From the IMG/VR virus record IMGVR_UViG_3300032038_000010, positions 32,001-96,000 of that record: DNA of 64,000 nucleotides, one strand, 5' to 3'. Position numbers and translations under genes: made by a program. The DNA is from a virus (lineage: Duplodnaviria; Caudoviricetes). Below the pieces are notes generated by a model that worked only from the letters and a program-made list of their open reading frames with translations, did not search any database and was not told where the DNA came from. Positions 10,997 to 25,000 of the stretch are shown in pieces (the stretch's first letter is position 1; every line of letters starts with the position of its first letter).

Positions 10997-13635
10997 CAAT
11001 ATATGCCTTTCTATGTTTCTATTTGATAATTAACGATTGCATTGACAGGGCAAGCTATTTCATAAGTTTTTGTGTTAGGTAAATATGCGGCGGGCCACCA
11101 TTTACCATTATAAAAGATATGGGCGACGCCATCCTCATAAGCAGATAACTGAGTCACAACTGTAGGCTTAGAACTATTAATCATACCTTGATGATTATTT
11201 AATTTTCTAGCTTCAATACTTACTCCATAAAAATAAGCATCTGTAATAGTTGATGTGTTATCACCTGGGTCTATAAATAACTAATTTGTTTCATCAATTA
11301 TTAATTTCTAATAATTACTGTCTGCTTTTGTCTGAACATAAATAATTGTACCTTGATTAGCTTCAACATCTATATTCTTTAAAGAATTCACTTTTAAATA
11401 ATATTCATCTAAATCTTCATGATATTTTTGATAAATAGTATTCCATAAACTAGACTTGGAATTAAAATTACCGAAAAGTTGGCCCATAACACTTTTATAT
11501 ATTAGGGAATTAGCAATATTACTTGTATCTTTTTCTTCTGACAGTTCAATTACAAAATCTAATAATATTTTTGTATCTTTGAGTGGGGTAATATTCCAAC
11601 TAGATGTAATAGATACATCACTACCTCTTATCTAGTATATATTATTTGGAGGCTCAATTAATATATTCTAACCATTTATATTAATTAAAGTACCAAGTAG
11701 AGTATTTTCATCTACTGTATCTACGCCTTCAACAAATGGACTTAACACTCCATTATTATTATTAATTAAATAAGGCTCTGAATCTATCTCAATACGCATA
11801 TAAGAAATAGAAAAATCATTAATTAATATATCATTAACACTTTCCCCTACATGGTATTTAGATTTAATAGTTTCTATATTACTTTTTATGCCTGATGTTC
11901 CTAGTAAATTAAAATTAGCAGGATAAGCTTGCTCCTAGATAGAACCATCTTCACTATATTTAAATCTATTCAGCTGCCCTAATGTTGTCTATGACCAAGT
12001 AATACTATTCTGCGGCGCCCCTATTTTTTGAATATTATATTTATCAAAATTCTAAATTGTAGGTTCATCGATTTCTATTGCGGTGCAATCGAAAGAATAA
12101 AGCAGCCGCCCCAGTTCTTGCTTAGGAGTAAGTGTGATACCCATTAACTTAATAAGGATATTTCCCTAAGTTAATGATTTAAATAATTTAGGCTTATTAT
12201 CATATAAAAAAGTTTTAACTTTTTCTCTAAATTCTCTCTATAATGTGTAATCATACTCTCCTGAAATAACATTTAAAGTATGGCTTCCATGAGCCTATTT
12301 ATATAGACTCGTTTCGTTATCTAATAATTCATCTTCATTAGTAAATAAATTATTATTATCCATGCAAGCTGTAATTAGACCACTTAAAGGAAAAGAATGA
12401 TAATACATATTACCATTACGTCTTACATATGGATATTTGCTACCTATGGTATCTGTTTTTGATTCTCCTATATTAATTGAAGCGTTAGCAATATTAGTAT
12501 CATATCTAAGTTTTAATTGTAGGGCCTAAGATTTAGACCCGCCCTTTTCTACAAGGAAAGCATCATCAAACTAGCCCATCTATTTACTAGATGTAACTAG
12601 ACTACCTCTGCGCCCCTTCTACCTTAATTGCGCTCCATACTGATAGAATACTCCAGATTTAATAGTAAAATCATCAAATTCCCACCTAATAGTAGAATCT
12701 ATTGTTGTATAATTAGCTACATCCTACCATATTTGAAATTGAGATTCAGAAGAAGTACGTCTAAGTGTAATATTATTCCCTCTAGCAGTAAAAACCGCAT
12801 TAACTACAACTGCCGCATATCCATCTTCCTAGTTGATCTACAATTCTACTGTACCATTTAACGGAGAACTAGCAAATGTAATAACTTGAAATTTATATGA
12901 AATACTATCTTTATACCCGTTTCTTGTCTATATTTCATAAGTAAGAGTATAATGGGCATTATTCTTCATAGTATAACGCAGTTGACATTCCATTTGAGTT
13001 TTACCATTTACAGAAGTGAAAACATTAGCTATTTGTTCTCCTGAATCAGCTAATAATTCGTTCCCCTATTCATTATAAAGTTTTATTCTCCAAGTTTTAA
13101 GAGTCTATTTACCATTTCTTGTATTATTAGGGTCATATACTCCTACGAATATTGGTTCAGCAGAACCATAAGTATTAGTAATAGATGAATCTGCATCCAT
13201 GAAATTCGTTATGTATATCTGCGGAGGTACTATTGGTTTTATCAGTGTAACAGTAGACCATTCAGATACATCAGACGATAAATTTGCGGCGGCCGCATTA
13301 CTAGGCCATGCCCGACCACTAAACCTGAGTTGTACTTTATAAATCATATCTGGATCAAATGGTGATTGAACTAAGTCACTTGGGTCTAATGTAACGTAAT
13401 ATAGAGTCACCCCATCTGACTAAATATGATGTATTGTGGTACATTTAATTTTATTTGGATATTTATTTGTATTTAGAGCATTTCTATTATTTGTTTGATA
13501 CTTAACAGTTAGTTGAACTTGTGCTATACTGCTAAGTGAATTAAATTGCGAGAGCTGGAAATAAATGTTAACCGACTTAGTATACGGAAAAGCATTTTGA
13601 CCCGCCGCAACAATAGGTGGGAATAACATACCCAA
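10996..13635 (-). CDS. Distal tail/baseplate protein, ~879 aa, TAG-rich
   Basis: ORFs 13420-13635 and 13105-13410 continue in frame (...DTIGSKYPYVRRNG...PKLFKSLT*GNILIKLM...) to TGA at 10996. Confidence 0.8.
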
Positions 13636-13659
13636 TCCCTCCTTTTATCTCTTAATTAG

Positions 13660-14031
13660 TTATTTCTTCTACGGGGCGGTAGTAGGTAAATCAACTATTT
13701 CATCTTTAATCCTGTCAATTATGCCATCGCCACCTAAGTTTTTGTATGCTAAATATAATGGGTGATATACTTCTCGTTCATCTAAAGTATAATAACCTTG
13801 TCTCTTAGTGTGTCCATAGTTCTAGAGTAAAGCTATACGTATCAAACCAAGCATAGCCTACTTAAAAGTATGTCTCTATTGTTCTTGCTCTAACTTCATT
13901 TGACGCTATTTCTATCTATATTCATGTGTCTCTTTGTCTCTCCGATTAAGACGTATAGATATAGAAGTACTAATAAAAGCTGAAATAGCTCCAATGCCTA
14001 TCGTTATGAGTTGAGTTAAAACTGGATTCAT
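13660..14031 (-). CDS. Holin-like membrane protein, 123 aa (6 TAG; missed by ORF track)
   Basis: ATG at 14031 after AAAGGAG. N-terminal TM (LITIGIGAISAFIS), charged middle, and a C-terminal Y.AYKNLGGDG motif typical of Firmicutes phage holin-annotated proteins. Confidence 0.6.
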
Positions 14032-14088
14032 TAGAATCTCCTTTCTCTAAAGGGTGTATTTCATTACCTCTAAAAATAAAAGAAAAAA

Positions 14089-14116
14089 GGGCAAGACTGT
14101 TGAATACATCTTGCCC
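14089..14116 (-). terminator. Rho-independent terminator after the large tail fibre gene
   Basis: GGGCAAGA...TCTTGCCC stem followed by a T-run on the minus strand. Confidence 0.6.
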
Positions 14117-14123
14117 AAATTTC

Positions 14124-17100
14124 TTATTTATTTTTTATTAATTTTTTAAGCTATTTTATTTCTGCTTTAAGCTACATAATCTATTGTTCTTGATGTTGAA
14201 TCATTGAAATGTGAAGTGCATGAAGTTCACTATAATCAAAAGTATAATATTCATTTTCCCCATTATTTAAATACTTAGTAACATCAAAATTTATATCTGA
14301 ATCTTTAGCTTTATTTTTTGATATAAATTTAAATTGATTATTCTAAATGTTTAAATTTTTGTTAATATCTTGTTGCACATCTTGTGCAATTAAACCAAAA
14401 TGAATTTTATTATAGTCTTTATCAATTTTAGAGTATTCTTCACAATATTTAAAAGTAACAGGCTGTAACTGTTTATAAAACTAAATAATATTATCATTAG
14501 ATAATTGATGGATATTAGTTTTTAATCTTTGATCAGATGTCTTGCCGCCGCCCGCTCCTTTTCGCTCAAAATTATCTTGAACATAAGTAACTGAAGCAGC
14601 ATTTGCCCCTTGAAAATCAATATTCCCATAAGCAGTCAAAGCAGCAGTTAAATCAGCTGTGGTAGAAGGTAAATCAGATTTTTTAACGTAAGGATTATTA
14701 TAATTTTGTTTTAAGTAATTATTAAGTTCTGGCCTAATGACAAGATCTTCAATATCTATCCTGATATTATCTTTAGTAATTAAAGTATCAGCTTTAATGC
14801 CATTAGCTTTAATGCCATTAGCTTTAATATTACCATCTTCATCCCAATAACAACGAGAATTATTTAAATATATTAAATAAGGATCGTACTACCCTCCAGC
14901 AATAGGTTTCCCAATTCTAATGCTAAAATAACCTGGTGAAGATTCTGAATGGTATCCGCTGTTTGCTCTAAACACACCTCTCGCCCAAACATTACCAGAA
15001 GAAGCTGCATGGAAAGCTGCGTCAACGCCACTTCGAGTATCAGTATAATTTAATAAAATAAAGCCTTTACCATCTCCAAGACTAGATGTACCACTTGTAC
15101 CGATCCAAACATCATTATTACCAGCTTTATAATAACCATTTTGGCCATCAAGTATTACATTATTCTAAATAGATTTTAAATATCTACCTTGATTGGTATC
15201 GTATATAGTCCAACCGCCAATAGTGCCACTCGTCGCAGTAATTTTACCACTGAAATCGCCATCAATAAATTTGGCATTTTTAGCAGTTAAATTACCAATA
15301 GAGCTAACTACAAAATTATCTGGGCCAAAATTTAAAGAGCCATTAGAATTTATAACAGCATTACCACTTACGCTATGTATACTATTGTAATCAATTACCC
15401 ATCCTGCTATATTTCCTTTAGCCGTCCATAACTCACCATTAAAATAACCATCAGTAAAATAACTATTATTAGCAACTAGATTCCCCTAATCATCAACAAA
15501 GAAATTAGAACCTCTACCCGCAGTAAAGCTACCATCTGAATATACTATAAATTTATTATTAACATCAATACGTTTATATTTGAGTCCACTACTATAATCT
15601 TTAACAGGATACCAACTAATAACGCTTCCATTATTATCTTTAATTAACTCTATCCTTGTAGGATATTCACCTTGACCATTGTCATTCTTATAAGAATATA
15701 AAGTAGTTTGCCCATCTTGGCTAGTTAATTTTTTATCACTAATCTTCCATCCGGCGATATCACCACCACCTTTAGCAGTTAAATATCCTTTAGGGGTGAC
15801 ACTAAAATTTCCACTCTTAAATTTAATCTAAGGTCTGTCAAAATCAATTAACATACCCTAAATTCTATCTCCATGAAAATAGCTCCAAGAAGCAATAGTA
15901 CCATTAGTACCGCCACTAGCATCGGTACTAATGTTAATCTGACCATGCCCCGCCGCACCGAAACTAGCAGAACCAGTATTTGCATCTAAGAAAAATGTTT
16001 GAACACCTTTCCCGTATCCAAACATACCAGTCTGTTCATGAGCGGCCGCCCCTGGTTCAGAATACATAGAGGTACCAATTACAACACCAGTAAATCTATT
16101 ATTATTATCTTTCTTGCCTGCACCAACTTGTGGAGCTAAAATATAATTATCTCCGTTAGTATTAGTAACTATTGATGTACCATCCCAACCATTTATATAA
16201 GCCATGCCGTATCTATTTAGGTATAAATAAATAGTTATGATAATAGTATAGTCACGATATTTAACTACTACATAATTATTAATAGATTTACTATCATATT
16301 GTGAAGGAGGCTCAATAGTAACAAACTCTGGATGATTTTCATCTTTTCTTTTAACAGAATTAGTATCTAGTACTCCTGCCCAATAAGGTTTCCATATTAC
16401 TTCTGTAGGATTTACAAATTGTTCTACTCCATCCTTGAATAATCTAAATCTAAATGGTTTCCCATTAAAACTAGTCCTAGTACCGTCAGATTCATACATA
16501 CATTCTCTATATCCACCATCTACTATAGCGAATATAGTTTCATCACCTGTAGTAGCGATATCAATAGGGTATGTAGCGTAATATCTTTTTCTCTCATTGA
16601 CTCCGCCATAAGTAGTAGCTAATTCAACTTGGGCAACAGAAGCAGAATAATTATTACTCTTATAACTTATAGCTCCATTTGCGGCGACCGTGATATTAGG
16701 ACTCACATTTTTAACTACTTCCCCAGTAGGAAGAGTCATAACACTCCAATTAATCTCTTTAGAAGAATCATTCAACTGGTCTGTCGTAACTTTTATCCCA
16801 GCTGACACCCCATCATATAGCGGGGCCGCCCCATCATCATAAAATAATAATTTTAAAGGATAAGAGTCATTTATCTATTTGAAACTAAAATTATCTGAAT
16901 AAGTTGTTTCTCCACTTGTTGAATTATAGTGGACTTCTGTTAGTTTCTTATATCCATATAATCTACCATTACTAAAAAATATATTATCTATATTATTAAT
17001 AGCAGGCTGTATATTTGCTATGTATTTAGTGCCATTACTTCCACTTTGTCCCTATTTGATAAATATAAAATTAGTATTAGCAGAATAAATTTTACCACCA

Positions 17101-18962
17101 AATGTTACTTCAAGTCTAATAGTATTATCTGTTCTATCCGTATCATATATATTTCTAATCCCATAAGTAAAAGTAGCACTATCAGCTAATATAGTTCTTT
17201 CTATGTTACTATTGTTACTTGGATTAGTTATAATCTATTTACTTAAAGCTACATCAGTAGTAAGCATTGTATAATTATCTTCTGGCCATATCCATTTTGG
17301 GGCAAAAGTCTATACAATCTAATTATTTGTCATATCATTTGTAATTAAACTTTTACCCTATGGAGTAATAACGTCAAAAGATAAAGCTATTGGAGTTATT
17401 TTTGGAGCTTTACCATATTCATCATAATTAAATACTTTGGAACCATTTTTAATAACTACTGTGACATTCTACGTCTATCCATTAGTTAAAGTAATATAGC
17501 CAGTACCTACATAATGGCCATTTGAGCTATATGCAGTACATTCATAAGTAACAATATCTAAAACTTCATGTATTCTGACATCTATAATATTATTGTGACT
17601 ATCCAAATTAATCAGTGTGCCATCCTTAGTCCTATAGCCCCAATAATATACAAAATCTAAATATGGAGTTCCACTAACAATAGCTGTAAGTTTAGTGTAG
17701 CCTGTGTTAAAATAAAATTGAGTACCGGCAGTAGATGTAATAAGTAATTTAGTCCCGACATAATAACTAGCATGATAAAAATTAATTTCAGCATTTAATT
17801 GAATATTATCATATATAGCTACGCACTTAAATATATGCTATTTACTTGGAACTAATGTAGGTTTAATCTAATATTTTGCGGCGGCCGCCATCCACGTCCC
17901 TGACCTACTTTCATTCAAGCAGCGCCATCCAGCTCCGCCGTATGAATTATAATATTTAGTACTTTCCGCAGTAATACTTGTATCTTTAATAAACCAATAA
18001 AATTCAACTTTCTCTGTTGATAGATTAATTTTTTTACCTTTAATTTTTAATTCAGCTTCCAAATATCGAGTATCATCATTATCACTTATGATGTAATTCC
18101 CATTTGGAGTTAAAATTTTTAACGAGGCGGTCGAAAGTTCATCATTATTTAAAGGCTCCGCAAAAAATAATCCAAAGTTAGATAAGAAAATATCATCAGG
18201 TTTATGGTATTTAGTATTTGGAAAATCTTTACAAAATGCTGTTATTGCAGAAATATCATATAAATTATTTCCATCTATCTAAAAATATACTACTTGTTCA
18301 GTAGGTAAAGTAAATTTATATGGTTGCCCAATCATATTATTCACATCTAAAACATAAGTACGAGTTATTAGCTTATCTGGGTCAGCAGATTGATGGGCAT
18401 ATTGTGAATCATAATATCTAGCTTGAAGTATTATACCATAATTACCGGTGACTTGTTGCTCTAAAGGTAATGCCGTCTGAACAGTAGCTTTTAAACCAAT
18501 GTATGCGCGCCCGTCCTTATTTAAAGTAATATTCTATTTATCTACTGATAATCCATGTTGCAGAAGATCAATAGTCTGAACCCCGCTATAAGAACAAAAA
18601 TTAACTGCGGCGGTCCCCACTAAAATATTTGACCCTATCTATGTCATTCTATCTGATGGGGTAAGAACATCTAAATATTGAGTTCCCTTTTTAGCAATTT
18701 TACTGATTATTGTAACTACAGTATCAGGATTGGATGGAAGTCTAATAAATACGTTATCTCCAATTCTATATTTTGTATTACTATCTTCTGAATAAGCATT
18801 TAATACACTATTTTGATATTGTACTTGATAATGACCCAAACCACTATCTATAACTTGTAAGATAGAGGCTCTAACAGTTTTATCAAATTGAAGATTTGAA
18901 ACTCTGTTTTTAATTAAAGTATCTACCGCTTGAAGTACGGTATCTTCAATACTTGTTGTCAT
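14124..18962 (-). CDS. Large tail fibre/spike protein with C-terminal S74-type intramolecular chaperone, ~1612 aa, TAG-rich
   Basis: ORFs 18639-18962, 17868-18062 and 15858-16808 share one frame to TAA at 14124. IAGW/IGGW fibre repeats, then SDQRLKTNI...HFGLIAQDV...YSELHAL and a terminal coiled coil. Confidence 0.8.
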
Positions 18963-18988
18963 TTTATTCTCCTTTTAACTCAAAATAT

Positions 18989-19016
18989 ATAGGAGGGGCG
19001 GCCCGCCCCCTCCTAT
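18989..19016 (-). terminator. Hairpin/terminator after the tape measure gene
   Basis: ATAGGAGGGG...CCCCTCCTAT inverted repeat. Confidence 0.55.
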
Positions 19017-22000
19017 TAATAAGTTCTCCTATTCTGACTAGCTAATTGTGAAGCACGATTAACTAAATTATTAAGAGCATTTTTAATTTCAAGAGCATCC
19101 GAAACATTAGGGAAATCAGCATTGATGACTACTGAAGTCTCATTGTTTGTATTGTTATCCATTGTAGGTATCTTACCAGAATTAATTCTATTTACACTAT
19201 CTTGCGCGAGTCCTAAAGAATTGATTATAGCATTACTAATCTTTAATGCAGCTAAAGTATTTTTAGTATCTTCTTGGTTAAGAATTAATTCTTTCTGGTG
19301 GAGCATAGCAAGACGACCTTCTCTTCCAGGCCAGCTACCAGTGTAACCGCCAGTTGCGAAAGATGAAGTATAGTATCGACGCAAATCTTTATCATGCCAA
19401 TCTCTATACAAATCACCATTACGAGCATGCTGATTAATATAGTCTTGCACAGCTTTAGCGTTATTAGCACCAACTTTCTGCGCTAATAATCCACTTCTAA
19501 CAGGATCATTACCCCATCCAGAGTCTTTCTTCATCCAGATGGCTGCCGCAATACCTGCAACATCATTAGAATTAAGATTAGTATTATTACTGCTTCCCGC
19601 TTTATTTGCATTACCATTATTGTTGCTATTGCTCTTGTTAGCATTATTGGTCTTATTAGAATTATTAGGTTTTTTGCTTTGATCAGGAGAAAGAGTTCCT
19701 CCACTTCCATCTTTATTTTCTTTCGCCCTCTAGAAATCGCGGGCAGCCTGCGCGGCTTGTTGTGCAGCTAGCTTAGCAGCATCATACTATTTAGCTAATT
19801 TTTGGATTTCCAACCAAAGATTACGGACTGTAGTAATCTCATTATCAAATTGAGTAACTAACGCACCATTTTCATCTAATAAAGTAACAGTAGCATCATA
19901 TACAGGGTCAATACCTGAAGTTTTTAATTCCTAGAAATTAAGTTTACCTTTGTCTTCGACTTCTTGTAAGCTATCCTGGTATTCACCATTTTTAACTTTG
20001 AGTTCTTCTATAGCAGGTTTGATTACTGTATCTTTTAAATTATTTACATCTTCTGTAATATTTCCTACAGTAGTATCCCACATACTGCTAATGCCTTGGT
20101 CTTCAAGTAATGTCTTACGAGCTTCATCAGTTAAGTTTTTATTAAAGTTACCGACAAAAACATTATTAACAAAAGAGTCAAGTAAAGTAGGAACCTTACC
20201 ATCATCGCCCATAAGAGCATTAATAGAGTTCCATACACTTTTATCTGCGGGACTATCACCTAGACCAAGGAAGTTACGAGTTTGCTCGCCAAGAGTCTTA
20301 AGCAATGTTGCATATTCAGTACCAGTCGTATTCAATAGCTCAGATTGCATTGCTTGATGATCAACACCTAGTTTGGTTAAGATACCATCTTCACCTAAAT
20401 AAGCCTCTTGTAACTCGGCAAGTTTTTCTTGTAATAATTCTTGGTCATCATAATAAGTTTCAGTTAACTCTTGCGCTTTGTCAAAGAACTCTTCAATTTT
20501 TGAATATGCTTCATCTGTTGTATCATTAAGGTCTTCATCTTCCATTTGACGAAGTTCTTCAATTAAATCTCTTAGTTCTTGGGCTTTATTTTGTGAAGCA
20601 TCTTCATCAGCAACATACTGATAAGTATAATTACCTTGGCTATCACGGCGTAATCTCATTTGAGTTTTAGCCTGTTGAGCATCTTCAAGAGCCATCTGAG
20701 CTTTCATAATCTCAAATTTCTTATTAGCAATATCTACATCGATTTGACGTAAGTTTGTAATAGACTCAAGATTACTAATCTCGCTATTCATGAACTTAAG
20801 CATATCTTTTTGCTGCTTAGGTGCCAAATCATTCATTGCTGAATTAACATCAGCTTGGAATCTAGCAATATCAGTAGCTCTAGTTAAGTCATCTAGATAA
20901 CGATCATCATTCCACTGTGCGCGGTCCCACTCATCTGCGGCGCTCTGCCATGCTCCGCGGCCGCCACCCGCAAGCTTATCTTTAGCGTCTTGAATAATAT
21001 ACTGGACAGCGTTGTTATATTTATCTAATAAGTTTTCTACAGAATTTTCTACAGCATCGTTTAATCCATCAACTGAATCCATCCAATTATCACGGAACTT
21101 TTTCCAATCTTCTGACTGTTCAGCCATAGACTTAGATGGATCATATACGGAATCCATTTTAGATTTCCACATATCGGCTTCTTGGCGATACATATCAATC
21201 TCATTAAGATAATTTGCTTGGCGCTTATTAAAGAATTGTTCTTGAGCCTTGAGGTTTTGCGGGTACAAAGTTTTTATAAGATTCATATCATGCTCAAGAA
21301 CCTTATCTACTTGTTCATATATCTTGATTTGTTCTTCAAAAGCATCCTGTGCTTTATCAATTTCATCAAGATAATTTTCCCAAGTATCTTTCTTTAACTC
21401 TTCAACGTCTTCAAGATTTTGCATTATCTCTTTTTGATAATTCTTCAAATCTTCAAGGCCTTGCGCCATATTATCGCCATAGCGGTTTGCCTAGCCAGCT
21501 TCCATCTTCTTTAGTTCAGCTATTGTATCATTGATATGGCCAGTCAATTCTTGGATTTCACCAGTGCCGCCTTGATTGTAATATGTGTAAAAATCATCAA
21601 TATTAGTTTGAGACTGACCTAAGAAATCATCTTCTTTGACTTGTCTGATAACTTTTTCACGGAACTTATTCCAGTCGCGTTCAGCTTCAGCGGTATCAAT
21701 TACAATGTCAATATGAACTTTGAAAGATTTAATAGAATTTTCAATTTGCTGATCTATTAATTCTTGTTCTTCGTCTTTAAGATCTTCGACTTGGTCCTCA
21801 AGATCTTCCATTGACTAACGAAGTTTATCATATGCATCAATTTTATCTTTGACGTCATTATAGTTATCTGTTTCATTCTAAATCTTCTCTTCTAACGCCT
21901 TCATCTGCTTATCAAGTTTTTCTTTATAAGCCTTGTCAGTAGAAGCGTTATATTTATCTTTTAACAGATTAAATTGTCTAACTAAATCATTAACGATTGC

Positions 22001-25000
22001 TTGTTTTTTACCAAGCAAATCTGTGTAATTAGTAATATGATGCGTTTTGTTAATGGAAACACCCATCGCTCGAAGGGCTTTCGCGCGTTGTGCTAAGTCT
22101 TTTTGCTGTAGTTGCTTTTTCTTTTCTAGTAATGGTAATTCTTTTTTAACAGCTTTTAATTCTTGGTCGATAGCGGCATTTTGCTCACGTAAGTTATCAA
22201 CTAAATCAGTACCTACTAATTTTTCTTCTTGCTCAGAGATGCGCTTTACATCACGTTCAATATCTTTAATATGATTTTCTTGTTCAGCGATAAGGATATT
22301 AATGTCGTGATAAATATCAAGCTCATCCTATAAAGGCTTCTTTGCGTCTTTCTTGCTATCATCGACGTTATCTTTTCCGCCACCTTTTCTGCCACCGCCG
22401 CCTTTTCTGCCACCACCGCCAGACTTTTTACCTGGAGACTTAGAACCACCTTTATTAGATTTAGAATAATTATTATTAACACCGGATGCTTTTTTGGTTA
22501 AACCTTTAATCTTAGGAGTGCCGCCTTCACCATAAGCACCAATATCCATTGCCCAGGCTGAATACTAACCTGTATAAGTATCCTAACCATCTGGTACTGT
22601 CCATGTGGTTTCTTCCCAAGATGTAGAGCCATCAGGATTTATTTTCTCATCAGTTTTTTGATGATAAGTTTTATATTTAGGGATTTTAACTACAGTTGGT
22701 TCCTGTTCAGTGGCATATGTAGCTTCAAATCCCATGGAATCAACTAATGCATTAACTTGATCAACAGTCATGCCAGTTGAAGAAATTAATTCATTTAATC
22801 CATCAATAAAGCTACCTGAATCAAGATAAGTACCGACTGTTATGTCAGGAAGTTCAGCCATTAAATTATTATAAGCTATTTTAACTGCATCAGTGTTTTC
22901 AATAAAATCGCTATTGTCAAGAATAATCTTAGCCATAATGTCTTGAGACATTGACATTCTTAAACGATCAATAGCATCTGCATCTCCATTTGCGGCCAAC
23001 TCCAAGTCTTCCATATTAGATTTAATGAAGTCAGTAGAAACAAAATCTTCACTTACATCTAATAATTTAGAAACAGCCTATCTAGTACCCGCTAAAGCTT
23101 CGCTATATTCTTCGCTTGTCTCAGAACTATCTTCAAGTATAGATGACCAATCCTACCAATTTTCTGCTAATTTATCAATACCATCATTCATTTTCATAAT
23201 GGACTTAGCAGCAACTTTTGCGGTATCTACTCCATCATCTAATGCTTCATCAGCGCCTTCAGCATTATCGGTTACATCTCTAAGACTATTAGCAAAATCT
23301 TTAAGTTTATCAGGGTCTAAATCTTCTAAATCAGCGGCTTGATCTAATTCGATAGCTACTTTAGTGAAAGCCTCACCAGAAATTTCACCATCTTTATATG
23401 CCTATTTTAAATCCTCAATATTATTATAAGACTCAGCAATAGCTAAATCGATGCCTCGCATTTCTGCTTGATTCTATTCGAGTCTTTGATTTAATTGATC
23501 TGTAGTATCACCATAGCTAGCAACTGCGGCCGCCACATCATTTAAAACTCCTGTGGTAGTCTTACCCTTCTCAATTAATTCATCTTGCCATTTATTTAAT
23601 TGAGATTCTTCGTATCCTAAGGCACGTAAGGCATCAATCTGTTTCTGAACATTTTCTCTATTATAATAATTCTCACCATCACTACCAACATAATTTTGAG
23701 ATTTAGATAATTCATCAAAATCATAGTTTGAAACTTTTCGAATCTGTTCATTTTCATTACTTAATTCTTTAGAACGATTTTGGAATTTACTAACTTGTTC
23801 ATCGTGAACCAAATCATAAAACTTCTCAGCGTCGCTTGTGAGTTTAAATGTGCCATCAAGCATTTGAGTAAAATAAGTTTTACCCACATCACTTAATTTT
23901 TCATAATCCTCGGCTGCAATGGTGCTACCTTGTTCTAGATTACCGATTGATTTATATAAGTCAGCATAGCTCTGCTGTAAAGATGCTAATGAATCTTGAT
24001 TATCTGCCATAGAATCAATTAACTGTTGAATTTTTTCATCAGTTAAATCAGTTTCTATGCCAGCCTCTTTCATTGTATCTTTAAAATCATTAACTGTAGT
24101 AGTATTCCAATCAATACCTTTTAAAGTTTCAGTGAATGGAACTATTTCATCAGTCTATAAATTATCTAATATAGTAGATAATTGACCAACTGCGACAGTC
24201 CCTCCGCCTTCTAGTACTGACTCAAAAGCATCAGCAACAGACTCTTGTCCAGATAAAGTAGCATCATCTAAATTATCTTTGATTTTGTCAAAAGCGTTTT
24301 TAGCAGTGTAACTTAAATCATCGCCGATTGTTTCGGCTTCTTTGTCATAAGTATCTGCGGCTTTATTTAAAGCGTCAATCATGCCTTGTTCAGTTGTATA
24401 ACCGAACTCATCATAATGGTCTTTAATCTGTTGACGTAAATCACTATCTTTGTTATCTAAATCTGAAACAAATTGGTCTTTTTCTTCTTTAGTTAAATCA
24501 GCTAATGAACCACCATTACCTCCTGCAAAAGATAATAAAGCATCGCCTGCTTCACCGCCTGCGGTTTTAACATCATTGAGAGCAGCAGTAAACTCCTCCA
24601 TGGACTATCCTGCTTCTTCAAGAGCCTTCTTCTCAGCAAGGGCGGCCGCAGCTACATCATCAGAAATTTCAACTTCTTGACGTTGTAAATTAAGATATTT
24701 ACCTGTGCCGCTATTTGTATCTTTAGCCCAGGTATATCTCATCATATGTGCATATTGCTATTGTAATTTTTTATCTGAGCCATTATAAACACTATCATCA
24801 GATTTAAATAAACCTTTTTTCTTGTATTTATCAACTGTATTATCTACCCTGGCATTAATCATAGCTTGTAATGCAGCTTTACTTGCATCACCAGTTACTG
24901 AATTATAATCTTCATTAGTAGCAAATTGACTGTCATATAATGCTTTCTGCTCGACCTTATTAGCTTCGGTATTATTATCAATAGCAATAGACGCAGATTC

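Noticed and set aside
14791-14828. 15-bp tandem repeat GCTTTAATGCCATTA (about 2.5 copies)
   Set aside because: It is an in-frame IKANG fibre-shaft repeat, ordinary for tail fibres.
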